DNA of 50,791 bases, from NCBI GenBank assembly GCA_964619625.1, contig CAZUFD010000005.1, positions 3,635 through 54,425 of the forward strand, read 5' to 3'. This DNA comes from an uncultured Gammaproteobacteria bacterium (lineage in GTDB: Bacteria > Patescibacteriota > Patescibacteriia > Magasanikbacterales > GWA2-37-8). Under the pieces are notes generated by a model, which saw only the letters and a program-made list of their open reading frames with translations, ran no database searches and was not told the DNA's origin. This document shows, in pieces, positions 1 to 8,314 of this stretch (position 1 is its first letter; the number at the start of each line of letters is the position of its first letter). The translations under genes and the position numbers were made by a program.

Positions 1-28
1 AGTCGGGATTGTTTTTTTATTCATTAGC

Positions 29-2245
29 TTATCTTCCTCTGCCGCCGCCATGTCCGCCTCTGCTTCCACCATGCCCACCGCCGCTGCGTGGAGGTCTTTC
101 AAATCTTGGCTGGTCTACATAGCCCTCTGGTTTTGGTAATAATTGCTTCATACTTAAATTAATACGTCCCATACTATCTATTTCCTTTACAACCACTTTT
201 ACCTTATCACCTAGATTCAACACATCTCCAGGGCTATTGGTGCGTGTCCAGGCTATTTCACTAACATGCACAAGTCCATCTTGACCCGGGAGCACCTGTA
301 CAAACGCGCCAAAATCTTCTATGCGCACAACCGTGCCTTCATAGACTTCGCCGGCGGTTACTTCATGAGTCAATTCTTTAACCCATTTAACGGCTTTTTC
401 CATGCCAACCGCATCGGAAGAAGTAACAAACACACGGCCATCGTCTTCAATATCAATAGACACGCCGGTTTCAGCAATAATTTTATTGATCATCTTGCCG
501 CCCGGACCAATCACATCGCGAATCTTGTCCGGATTGATATTGATAGTAACAATGCGAGGAGCATATTTGGACATTTCGGCGCGAGGAGCAGAAATAATAT
601 TGCCCATGAAACCTAAGATTTTTAATCTAGCTTCTCTGGACTGCGCAAAAGTTTGTTCAACAATTTCCCAGCTTAACCCTTCGGTTTTGGTATCCATTTG
701 CATGGCTGTGATGCCATCACTGGTACCGGCAATCTTGAAGTCCATGCCGCCCGGGCCGTCTTCCACATCTTGCAAGTCAGTAATAACTTTCCACTTGCCG
801 CTTTTATCACTAGCAAGACCCATCGCAATACCAGCAACCGGTTTTTTAATAGGCACGCCCGCATCCATAAGAGCCAGGGTAGAACCGCAAACCGAAGCCA
901 TAGAACTGGAGCCGTTTGATCCGAGCACTTCGGACACCACGCGCATAGCATATGGAAATTCTGTTTCCGGAGGAAGCATTGGTTCTAGTGCGCGTTCAGC
1001 CAAAGCGCCGTGACCAATAGCTCTGTTGCCCGGTCCGCGTAGCGGCCCAGTTTCGCCATAGGTAGCTGGAGTATCACTATAGTGATGCATGTAGCGTTTG
1101 GTTCCTTCTTCTTCCATGGTATCCAAAGTCTGTACATCGCCAGGAGCGCCCAACGTAACTACAGATAATACTTGAGTATCACCACGCATAAACATACCGG
1201 TGCCGTGGGTGCGAGGCAGTAAGCCAACTTCGGCGGAAAGCGCGCGCACATCGGTAATACCGCGGCCATCCAGACGCTGATTTTTATTTAAAATTTGTTC
1301 GGTGATATATTTTTCCACGTAAATTTTTACGCGGCCCAGCACAATTTTCATGATCGCTTCGTCTGTTTCTTTTGCGACTAGCATTTCTTTAATTGCGTCG
1401 GTGAATTTATTAACCAGGGTTACGCGCTCACGGCGGTCTATTTTTGGCGCGTCAAAAATCCAGTCTTCCACGTGACTGGCAACTAGTTCATCAGCTTCTT
1501 TTTCCGCTTTTTGTAAAGCAATTTGTTTTTCATTATCACTGTCAGATAAAACATTTTTTGCTTGTCCGGCTTCAGCTTGAATTTTTTTGATAAAATCCAA
1601 GAGAGGCCCCATTTCACTCGCGCCAAATTTCATCGCATCAATCACATCGCCTTCATTGGTTTCTTTACAACCAGCTTCTACCATAATAACTTTTTCCGGA
1701 GTGCCGGCCACCACAATATCCACGCTGCTTAGAGCTCGCTCGGCAATAGTCGGATTGATTTTCCACTTGCCATCTACGGAGCCGATGCGCACGCCGCCAA
1801 TCGGACCATTCCACGGAATAGAGGAAAGTGAAAGGGCAATGGAAGCGGCGACCATAGCCGGAATTTGTGAATCAACTTCGCCGTCAAAAGAAAGCGCGGT
1901 CAAAATTACCTGCACATCATTGCGAATGCTTTCATCAAAGAGCGGGCGAATAGCGCGATCTACCAAACGGCCCGATAAAATCGCGTCATCGCTTGGTCGG
2001 CCTTCACGTTTTATAAAACGGCTGCCTTTTATTTTTCCGGCCGCATATAATTTCTCCTCAAAGTTAACCATGAGCGGGAAAAAATCTATGCCGTCACGAG
2101 TATTTTTACTCATGGTGGCTGTCGCCAAAAATACAGTGTCGCCATAACTGACCACACACGAAGCATTGGCCTGTAAAGCCAACTTACCTGTTTCCACAGA
2201 GAGCGTTCTGCCGCCCCATTCCATGGCCCATTTTTTTACTGCCAT
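29..2245 (-). CDS. pnp: polyribonucleotide nucleotidyltransferase (PNPase)
   Basis: ORF 29..2260. PNPase-typical N-terminus (GRTLSVETGKLALQANASCVVSYGDTVFLATA), a KH-like segment (GPGGKMINKIIAETGVSIDIEDDGRV) and an S1 segment (GEVYEGTVVRIEDFGAFVQVLPGQDGLVHVSEI). The codon at 2260 is TTG; the first ATG (MAVKKW) is at 2245. The C-terminus is a Gly/Arg/His-rich tail (RSGGGHGGSRGGHGGGRGR). Confidence 0.95.
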   Translation of the reverse strand: MAVKKWAMEWGGRTLSVETGKLALQANASCVVSYGDTVFLATATMSKNTRDGIDFFPLMVNFEEKLYAAGKIKGSRFIKREGRPSDDAILSGRLVDRAIRPLFDESIRNDVQVILTALSFDGEVDSQIPAMVAASIALSLSSIPWNGPIGGVRIGSVDGKWKINPTIAERALSSVDIVVAGTPEKVIMVEAGCKETNEGDVIDAMKFGASEMGPLLDFIKKIQAEAGQAKNVLSDSDNEKQIALQKAEKEADELVASHVEDWIFDAPKIDRRERVTLVNKFTDAIKEMLVAKETDEAIMKIVLGRVKIYVEKYITEQILNKNQRLDGRGITDVRALSAEVGLLPRTHGTGMFMRGDTQVLSVVTLGAPGDVQTLDTMEEEGTKRYMHHYSDTPATYGETGPLRGPGNRAIGHGALAERALEPMLPPETEFPYAMRVVSEVLGSNGSSSMASVCGSTLALMDAGVPIKKPVAGIAMGLASDKSGKWKVITDLQDVEDGPGGMDFKIAGTSDGITAMQMDTKTEGLSWEIVEQTFAQSREARLKILGFMGNIISAPRAEMSKYAPRIVTININPDKIRDVIGPGGKMINKIIAETGVSIDIEDDGRVFVTSSDAVGMEKAVKWVKELTHEVTAGEVYEGTVVRIEDFGAFVQVLPGQDGLVHVSEIAWTRTNSPGDVLNLGDKVKVVVKEIDSMGRINLSMKQLLPKPEGYVDQPRFERPPRSGGGHGGSRGGHGGGRGR

Positions 2246-2393
2246 ATATTTTTTAACCAAAGCAACGCTTTGATACTTTCTGTTCCGCTAAACGGAACAA
2301 TAACCACGCTAAGCGCGGCGAAGATGATTTGAGAGCTACAGACCAAATATGGTCTATGTGTCCTCAAACCAACTTCATTATTAAATTAATTTT

Positions 2394-2993
2394 TTAAATC
2401 TTTTTTGGTGGAAAAGCCGGTTTCTTTGGTGGAAATATCGTTTTCTTTACTGGCTGGTATCTTTTATCTGCAATTAGAAACTTTGCTTTGTCCTGACTCA
2501 AGTCTATAAAATCATCGGCTTCTTCTATTAGCTTTCCCGAAGCTGTACCGCCAAATGACATTACTTCCACTTGTTTGCCTTGGCCTCTTAAATAATCTAC
2601 GAGCGGTACATAATCGCCGTCGCCGCTTACGAGCACTATCGCATCCAGAGCGGAAGAAAATCTAATGGCATCTACAGCCAACCCCACATCCCAGTCGGCT
2701 TTTTTTTCGCCGCCTAAGAAAATTTGCAGTGGTTTGTCTTTGGTTTCTATGCCTAAATTATACAACGCATCAAAAAACGGCTGTTCTTCCTTGCTTTCGG
2801 TGCTCACAACATAGGCAATCGCGCGGATAAGTTTACGACCGGCGGTGGCTTCCTTTACAATATTGCCAAAATTAACTTTGGCGCCAAATAAATTTTTGGC
2901 GCTGTAGTACATATTCTGTACATCAATAAACACCCCTACTCTCTGGTCGGGGTGTTTAAGCGTGTTTCTTTTTTTATTAATTACCTGACTCAT
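2394..2993 (-). CDS. NYN-domain (LabA/DUF88-like) putative ribonuclease
   Basis: 199-aa ORF with NYN-type motifs ([15 protein letters not shown] ... [30 protein letters not shown]). Its start overlaps the rpsO stop by 17 nt. It sits between rpsO and pnp. Confidence 0.75.
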   Translation of the reverse strand: MSQVINKKRNTLKHPDQRVGVFIDVQNMYYSAKNLFGAKVNFGNIVKEATAGRKLIRAIAYVVSTESKEEQPFFDALYNLGIETKDKPLQIFLGGEKKADWDVGLAVDAIRFSSALDAIVLVSGDGDYVPLVDYLRGQGKQVEVMSFGGTASGKLIEEADDFIDLSQDKAKFLIADKRYQPVKKTIFPPKKPAFPPKKI

Positions 2994-3339
2994 GGTTTTG
3001 CTTCATTAAATCTTCGTCGCTCAAATCATCTTCAACTTCCACGGTAGAACCATCCGGTTTGGAGATTACTCTAGCTGGCTTGATTTTAAGTTTTTTCACC
3101 AATTCTTCGTAACTCTTTGGGTTTTCTTTTTTCAAATAACGCATCAAGTTGCGGCGGCTGCTTACCTTGCGGAGCAAACCTCGGCGAGAAGAATGGTCTT
3201 TGGCGTGGGTTTTCAAATGACCCGCAAGTTCCTCAATCTCAGCTGCTAAAATGGCAATCTGAACTTCGTTGGAACCAGTGTCACCCTCGTGTAACTGGAA
3301 CTTCTTGATTATCTGTTGTTTTTTCTTTTTGTCTAGCAT
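2977..3339 (-). CDS. rpsO: 30S ribosomal protein S15 with an acidic C-terminal extension
   Basis: S15 core is recognisable ([55 protein letters not shown]...[11 protein letters not shown]). It is followed by about 33 extra residues ([33 protein letters not shown]). Classic rpsO-upstream-of-pnp synteny. Confidence 0.92.
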   Translation of the reverse strand: MLDKKKKQQIIKKFQLHEGDTGSNEVQIAILAAEIEELAGHLKTHAKDHSSRRGLLRKVSSRRNLMRYLKKENPKSYEELVKKLKIKPARVISKPDGSTVEVEDDLSDEDLMKQNHESGN

Positions 3340-3480
3340 ACAAAAATGTTGCTTAACGAGCTAGCCAGGAGTATGTTTCTTGGCAGTCCGCCCCCAAAAA
3401 TGGGGTTTATTAAATACGCCTGTAAGCTTATCCCAAAACTCAAAAAAAGTCAACCCCACAGAAGCTAAGCTATACAGCGT

Positions 3481-3828
3481 CTATTTTAGAAGATTATTAA
3501 AGACAAAGGTTGAAATTCCATAGGCAGCCACAACCAGAATAAAACCAATGGTAGCGGCAAACATCGCATCCTTGGCCTTGGTGGCAAATTCTTCATTCCC
3601 ACGGGCAGTCATCCACCGGAGTCCGGCATAAAACATAACGGCCAAAAAAACTATGCCGGTAAATGAGAGTACCATGCTTATAACCGTACTAATTACAGAA
3701 TAAATATTGGTTTCTTCGTACTGAGCTTTGTTGGCGGTTGCTTGCAGCCCAAATTGGGCGGCAACCGGAGCTGCCATGCTAAAAAGCGCGAAGAACAATA
3801 TAAAAACCAAAAAAAATTTTCTAACCAT
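3481..3828 (-). CDS. TrbC/VirB2-like (T4SS-pilin-like) small two-TM protein, paralog 1
   Basis: 115 aa: signal peptide (…SMAAPVAAQ), short variable region, TM1, conserved loop FYAGLRWMTARGNEEFATKAKD, then TM2. ATG confirmed at 3826-3828. Confidence 0.7.
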   Translation of the reverse strand: MVRKFFLVFILFFALFSMAAPVAAQFGLQATANKAQYEETNIYSVISTVISMVLSFTGIVFLAVMFYAGLRWMTARGNEEFATKAKDAMFAATIGFILVVAAYGISTFVFNNLLK

Positions 3829-3868
3829 ACCTATAATAACTGTATTATAGTGATAATTATACCATACC

Positions 3869-3897
3869 TTGATTTATCTGTAAAAATAAGGTAGAAT
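3869..3897 (+). promoter_or_regulatory. sigma70-like promoter for the tRNA-Arg/tRNA-His unit
   Basis: TTGATT (3869-3874), 17-nt spacer, TAGAAT (3892-3897). The tRNA 5' end is at 3913. Confidence 0.45.
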
Positions 3898-3912
3898 AGT
3901 TTTGCTTTTTTC

Positions 3913-3984
3913 GTCCTCATAGTTCAGTGGATAGAACACCAGCCTTCTAAGTTGGATACGTAGGTTCGATTCCTACTGAGGACA
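3913..3984 (+). tRNA. tRNA-Arg (anticodon TCT)
   Basis: Hand-folded cloverleaf: acceptor GTCCTCA/TGAGGAC, D arm GTTC..GAAC, anticodon stem CCAGC/GTTGG with loop CTTCTAA, T arm GTAGG-TTCGATT-CCTAC. No encoded CCA. Confidence 0.9.
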
Positions 3985-4079
3985 CGACGCCCAGCGTCGT
4001 AGGTGGCACGCTAAGCGTGCCACAAACGGAGTGTTAAACTAGCACACGTAGGCAGGCTTGGCGGTTAAATGCCAGTGAT

Positions 4080-4155
4080 GGTGGCCTTGGTATAACGGTT
4101 ATTACGTGAGATTGTGGATCTCGCAACACGGGTTCAACTCCCGTAGGCCACCCCA
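4080..4155 (+). tRNA. tRNA-His (anticodon GTG) with encoded G-1 and encoded CCA
   Basis: Acceptor GTGGCCT/AGGCCAC, anticodon stem TGAGA/TCTCG with loop TTGTGGA, T arm ACGGG-TTCAACT-CCCGT. The extra G at 4080 sits opposite discriminator C4152. CCA is at 4153-4155. Confidence 0.9.
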
Positions 4156-4172
4156 AATTAAAAGTTTAAGGT

Positions 4173-5261
4173 ATGCCAGAAGGTAAAAAGATACTTATTG
4201 TATCGTGCTCCACCGGATCCGGGCATTTTCGGGCCGCTGAAGCGCTTCGGCTTACCTGCGAAAGACTTTACCCAGATTCCCAAATAGCCCATCTTGATAT
4301 GGCCAACCATTTGGACGGCATCGCCTACATATATGTAGTGTCTTTTTATAGTTTCTTTTCTAAATTGATTCCCCTATCTTATAAAATTGTCTACCATGTA
4401 ACGGATCATTGGTTTGTGCAAAAACTATTCAAAATCCTGGCCCCGATTATGGCTATAGGAAGCAGAAAATTTATAAAACAGATAGATGATTACCGGGCAG
4501 ACCTCATAATTTCCACTCACTACTTACCTCAATTTATTTTGCCTAAAAAAAATACCGCTCCTTTTGCTGCGGTAGTAACCGATTATTATGCTCATAAAAT
4601 TTGGCTCTCCCCAAGAAATAAAAACTTATTCGTACCCACAGAAGAAGTAAAAAATGATTTAGCAAAAATCGGCATCAACTCTGTCGCTAGCGGCATTCCC
4701 ATTCACCCCAGCTTCTTTGAAGAAAAAAACACTCGAGAGTTAAGAACCAAATTTAATATTCATAATAATTGGCCTATTATATTACTAATGCCGATTTCTA
4801 GCGGAAATATAAAACCGGAGCAGGCGGTACGACATATTTTTAGCCATAATTTTAACCGGCCTCTCAATATTATCGCGATTTCCGGAAAAAATAATGAAAA
4901 AACATTTAATAAATTAAGCGAGTTAAAGCCCGGTGGGCAGCATAACTTTATTCTACTCAAAAATGTTGAAAATGTAGATGAGCTTATGAGAATTGCCGAT
5001 GTGATTATAAGCAAGGCCGGCGGACTCACCATTTCTGAAGCGTTATTTTTGCAAAAGCCAATTATTATTATCAATCCGATTCCCGGACAAGAAGATTATA
5101 ATACGGCATATTTGGAAAAAAACCAGTACGGTATGCAGGCACACTCAAGCGATGATTTGGTGAGTAAAATAGAACTTATACTTTCTAAACCTGATATGAT
5201 ACACAAAAAATCTTACCCTGATCCGAGTAAGATTATTTTGGAATATATTTTTAAAAATTGA
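4173..5261 (+). CDS. MGDG-synthase/UgtP-family diacylglycerol glycosyltransferase (GT28)
   Basis: 362 aa. The N-terminus (KKILIVSCSTGSGHFRAAEAL), VVTDYYAHKIWL and GIPIHPSFFEE align by eye with Bacillus UgtP (ILTANYGNGHVQVAK, VMTDFCLHKIWV, GIPIRPQFEE). The C-terminal half is GT-B like (ISKAGGLTISEAL). Confidence 0.8.
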   Translation: MPEGKKILIVSCSTGSGHFRAAEALRLTCERLYPDSQIAHLDMANHLDGIAYIYVVSFYSFFSKLIPLSYKIVYHVTDHWFVQKLFKILAPIMAIGSRKFIKQIDDYRADLIISTHYLPQFILPKKNTAPFAAVVTDYYAHKIWLSPRNKNLFVPTEEVKNDLAKIGINSVASGIPIHPSFFEEKNTRELRTKFNIHNNWPIILLMPISSGNIKPEQAVRHIFSHNFNRPLNIIAISGKNNEKTFNKLSELKPGGQHNFILLKNVENVDELMRIADVIISKAGGLTISEALFLQKPIIIINPIPGQEDYNTAYLEKNQYGMQAHSSDDLVSKIELILSKPDMIHKKSYPDPSKIILEYIFKN

Positions 5262-5270
5262 TCGGCACTT

Positions 5271-5753
5271 CTATCGCGCGCAATTTGGGTCTAATGGATT
5301 TTGCACACAATAATCATTATAATTTTGGCCCTGATTATTTCCTCCGGTCGTACTTGTTACAAGAGCTTTCGTAACAAAATAAGTAATAGAATAGGCTGCT
5401 AAAATTACAGCTAATCCAATGGCGCCATTATAGAGCAAACTTTTGGCTTTACCTATCTGCTCATCATTGCCGGCTGCGGTCATCCATAAAAATCCGGCGT
5501 AGACAATGAGCGCGAGAAATATCGTGCCAATTACTCCAAGTACTATGTTAATAATCCTAGCTGCCAGTGTACGCGGATCGGTAGGATTGTTAGGATTATT
5601 AAAATCTGCCCCGCTTGAACCGCCGGCAGCGCGTAACTGATCAAAGGCATCTTGGCGAGGATTTGAGCTTGAAGATTGGGCACCTACCGGTGTGGAATAT
5701 AAAACACAGAATATAGAGGTGAGAAAAAATGCCAGTGTAAGTATTTTTTTCAT
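5271..5753 (-). CDS. TrbC/VirB2-like two-TM pilin paralog 2
   Basis: 160 aa: signal peptide, variable Ser/Asn-rich region, loop VYAGFLWMTAAGNDEQIGKAKS, TM2. C-terminal two-Cys motif CVQNPLDPNCAR. Confidence 0.7.
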   Translation of the reverse strand: MKKILTLAFFLTSIFCVLYSTPVGAQSSSSNPRQDAFDQLRAAGGSSGADFNNPNNPTDPRTLAARIINIVLGVIGTIFLALIVYAGFLWMTAAGNDEQIGKAKSLLYNGAIGLAVILAAYSITYFVTKALVTSTTGGNNQGQNYNDYCVQNPLDPNCAR

Positions 5754-5764
5754 ATTATAATCAT

Positions 5765-6136
5765 TTACATCGTAGCTTTAAATACTTCGCCTAAAATAAA
5801 ATATGTAAGACTGTAGGAGACTAAAATAATAATCAAACCTACAATTGAAGTTTTTAAAATCCCCATGGCTTTCGTTACCTGTTCATCATTGCCGGCCGCG
5901 GTCATCCATAAAAATCCAGCGTACACGGTAAGGACGAGAAATAGTATGCCTAAAACTCCTAACACGGCTTTAATAATTTTACCCACAGTTTCTGAAAGAG
6001 TTGAGGCCCCCGCTTGTCCATAACCGCTTTTGTTTGCGATATCTTGAGAAAGATCAGTTTGAGCCAAAGCGGCGCTAACCGGCGTAAAAAAAATATTGAG
6101 CGCCAAAACGGAAATAAGGAAAAATTTTTTTATCAT
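5765..6136 (-). CDS. TrbC/VirB2-like two-TM pilin paralog 3
   Basis: ORF 5765..6202. I place the start at the ATG at 6134-6136 (MIKKFFLISVLALN) because the longer form overlaps the upstream gene end (6150). Loop VYAGFLWMTAAGNDEQVTKAMG. Confidence 0.7.
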   Translation of the reverse strand: MIKKFFLISVLALNIFFTPVSAALAQTDLSQDIANKSGYGQAGASTLSETVGKIIKAVLGVLGILFLVLTVYAGFLWMTAAGNDEQVTKAMGILKTSIVGLIIILVSYSLTYFILGEVFKATM

Positions 6137-6149
6137 AAGTATGGTTAAA

Positions 6150-6590
6150 TTATTGTGCACAGCTTGGATCCAGCGGATTTTGTACACAAAACTCATTAAC
6201 ATTTTGTTGATTATTGCCGCCAGCCGCTCCCAACCTGCTTGTTACAAAATAGGTAATAGCGTAAGCAGACATAACAATTACCAAACCTATTACCGCAGCT
6301 TTTAAAACTCCCATGGCTTTTGTCACCGTTTCTTCATTCCCTTGAGCGGTCATCCACATTATACCCGCGTAAATGGTCATGACCAAAAATATGGTGCCTA
6401 CCAAAGCGAGCACCGCTTTAATGACAGTTGCTATACTGGTGGCCAAATCTCCGGACACGCCAAGTCGTTCACCGCTTTCACCGCCGATATTGCCTAAAAT
6501 TTTACCGGCGTCTTTTAACCCCTGGGCCGAGACAAATATGGGCAGCATCATGGTTAGGGCTATAGCAGCTGTTAAAATAAATTTTTTCAT
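6150..6590 (-). CDS. TrbC/VirB2-like two-TM pilin paralog 4
   Basis: 146 aa: signal peptide (…IFVSAQG), loop IYAGIMWMTAQGNEETVTKAMG. C-terminal CVQNPLDPSCAQ, the same motif as paralog 2. Confidence 0.7.
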   Translation of the reverse strand: MKKFILTAAIALTMMLPIFVSAQGLKDAGKILGNIGGESGERLGVSGDLATSIATVIKAVLALVGTIFLVMTIYAGIMWMTAQGNEETVTKAMGVLKAAVIGLVIVMSAYAITYFVTSRLGAAGGNNQQNVNEFCVQNPLDPSCAQ

Positions 6591-6604
6591 ACGCTATGTT
6601 AGAT

Positions 6605-7129
6605 TTAAATATTCCTTTCACAATTACCACTTTGTACTGTCCCTACCCATCTACATAAAGGAACGCCAGTTTCATTATCGTATTGATTATTACATTCAAC
6701 CGCCTCCGTAATAAACGGACAATTTACTGTAGCCGCCGTCGGTGCCGGGGCATTATTGTCGGTACTTGTTAAGGCGCCAAAGACAAACCTGGATATTGCG
6801 TAGGCCGCAAGCACAATAATAAGGCCTATGGCGGCATGCTCCACAATACTTTTAGCTCTATCTACTCGTTCGCTATTGCCAAAAGCCATCATCCACAACA
6901 GACCGGCATATAAAATAAGGAGGAAAAATATGGCGCCCACAAAAGACAGAACCACTCCGACAATCGTACCAATTAATTCCGGCAGCGCTTGGTTGGCATT
7001 TACATTTGTACGACTGCCGATTAACTCTGTATTTCTGGCTGCGTCTTGTAAACCAAAATCTTCGGCAAACACAAAAATCGGCAACACTACTCCGATTACC
7101 GCTACAAGTAGAAATATTTTTTTAAACAT
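6605..7129 (-). CDS. TrbC/VirB2-like two-TM pilin paralog 5 with a 4-Cys C-terminal extension
   Basis: 174 aa: loop LYAGLLWMMAFGNSERVDRAKS. C-terminal tail VNCPFITEAVECNNQYDNETGVPLCRWVGTVQSGNCERNI. Confidence 0.65.
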   Translation of the reverse strand: MFKKIFLLVAVIGVVLPIFVFAEDFGLQDAARNTELIGSRTNVNANQALPELIGTIVGVVLSFVGAIFFLLILYAGLLWMMAFGNSERVDRAKSIVEHAAIGLIIVLAAYAISRFVFGALTSTDNNAPAPTAATVNCPFITEAVECNNQYDNETGVPLCRWVGTVQSGNCERNI

Positions 7130-7149
7130 ATATTTTAAGCGTACGATTT

Positions 7150-7239
7150 TGTCATCCCGAGCGTAGCCGAGGGATCCCTTATACCTGGTTATAACAAGTA
7201 CTTTGTTTAAGGGATTCCTCCACTTCGGTCGGAATGACA
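7150..7239. repeat. imperfect inverted-repeat (REP/MITE-like) intergenic element
   Basis: Left arm TGTCATCCCGAGCGTAGCCGAGGGATCCCTTA (7150-7181). The reverse complement of the right arm (7208-7239) is TGTCATTCCGACCGAAGTGGAGGAATCCCTTA. 26/32 positions match by hand alignment. Each arm also contains its own ATCCC..GGGAT / ATTCC..GGAAT mini-palindrome. Confidence 0.6.
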
Positions 7240-7316
7240 GCTAACCCAGAGAAATCGCGCTTGCCCGACTTAAACCAGCCAAACAAGCGCGTTTTTTCTC
7301 TGTATAATTATAATAA

Positions 7317-7700
7317 TTATGGTCCTGTAGTAGCTGATACCAAACTGTTGACAACGTACGTTGCCAAAGCGTAGGCAGACAAGATAATAGCCAAACCAAT
7401 AATACCGGAAAATATCCATTGTTTAGCTTCACCTGTTTGTTCATCATTACCACCGGCGGTCATCCATTTAAAACCACCGATAAGAATGATAACTACGGCT
7501 ACGATACCGAGAAGTCCCATAGCTGTACGAATAATACTAGCTACGGTAACGCGGATATCTTTTTGTCCCAAACCTGTGGCTTCTCCATATTGAATTCCCA
7601 AATCATTTGGGGTTACATCCGGAGTCTGAGCCATTACTACGGCCGGGGCGAGCATTGTAAGCGTGCCTAACATAGCAAGCACTTGTTTCAATTTCATCAT
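7317..7700 (-). CDS. TrbC/VirB2-like two-TM pilin paralog 6
   Basis: ORF 7317..7784. The likely start is the ATG at 7698-7700 (MMKLKQVLAMLG), preceded by AAGGGGGTGA, a good SD. Loop LIGGFKWMTAGGNDEQTGEAKQ. Confidence 0.7.
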   Translation of the reverse strand: MMKLKQVLAMLGTLTMLAPAVVMAQTPDVTPNDLGIQYGEATGLGQKDIRVTVASIIRTAMGLLGIVAVVIILIGGFKWMTAGGNDEQTGEAKQWIFSGIIGLAIILSAYALATYVVNSLVSATTGP

Positions 7701-7776
7701 ATTTTCACCCCCTTTCCATAAGAAAGAATGGTCATATATATCGTAACAATTTATAAAAATAGTATACCACACCTTT

Positions 7777-8310
7777 TTAGCCATTCCTAGTTAAAAAATT
7801 TAAGAAGGTGGACAATAGTATGTAGCTTCCCAAGACCAGTGCCACGCCAATCACCGCCCAAATCATGGTTTGCGTACCAGCCGTGACTTTTTCCGCATTA
7901 CCAGCCGACGTAAGCCACTGAAAACCGCCGTACACAAACATGAGCAAGGTTATAGCTCCGATAATTCCTAAGGCTGCTTTAATTACAGTGGCAATAATTA
8001 CCGAAGCTTCCGTTGTGCCTTTTTGCCCCGTGCCAATAGGATTTTCTAATTTACAAATTTCACGACCATTCTCTATGGTACAACCGGCGTTTGGCGTTTG
8101 GCCTGGCGTCTGTGTCTGACAAAGGCCAGCTGTCCATACTTCCTGCGAACCGGTACAATCTGATCGCAGACTTTGAATTTTTTGCTGGCTTGATTTATTA
8201 AAACAACAGCCAATGGTGATTCCTTGGGCAGATACTACTCCAAAAATACCAAACATTCCGAAAATTAAGACGGAAATCAGGTTAGATATTAAAAATATTT
8301 TTTTCATCAT
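7777..8310 (-). CDS. TrbC/VirB2-like pilin paralog 7 with a 6-Cys N-terminal ectodomain
   Basis: ORF 7777..8349. The start is set at the ATG at 8308-8310 (MMKKIFLISN), 4 nt after the upstream stop. The mature N-terminus is GITIGCCFNK...CTGSQEVWTAGLCQTQ...AGCTIENGREICK. Loop VYGGFQWLTSAGNAEKV. Confidence 0.65.
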   Translation of the reverse strand: MMKKIFLISNLISVLIFGMFGIFGVVSAQGITIGCCFNKSSQQKIQSLRSDCTGSQEVWTAGLCQTQTPGQTPNAGCTIENGREICKLENPIGTGQKGTTEASVIIATVIKAALGIIGAITLLMFVYGGFQWLTSAGNAEKVTAGTQTMIWAVIGVALVLGSYILLSTFLNFLTRNG

Positions 8311-8314
8311 AAGT

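Noticed and set aside
266-2147. Plus-strand ORFs 266-616, 402-1013, 698-919 and 1587-2147, and minus-strand ORF 673-951
   Set aside because: All lie inside the well-supported pnp gene in other frames or on the other strand. They have low-complexity, unprotein-like sequences.
3985-4079. A third tRNA or tmRNA-like gene between tRNA-Arg and tRNA-His
   Set aside because: No acceptor/T-arm combination or GTTCRANYC-type T-loop could be folded. Only two isolated hairpins are present.
4760-5074. Minus-strand ORF inside the glycosyltransferase gene, and other short antisense ORFs inside the pilin, SBP, galU, pilus, nrdJ, SpoIID and cohesin genes
   Set aside because: Each is fully embedded, antisense or out of frame, in a longer ORF with recognisable family motifs. 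None has its own start context or recognisable sequence.
7241-7453. Minus-strand ORF 7241-7453 (70 aa), and the N-terminal extensions of ORFs 5765-6202, 7317-7784, 7777-8349, 27896-29689 and 20645-24163
   Set aside because: ORF 7241-7453 overlaps pilin paralog 6 out of frame. The extensions would overlap upstream genes or precede a much better start (ATG with SD followed directly by a signal peptide), so I used shorter gene models.
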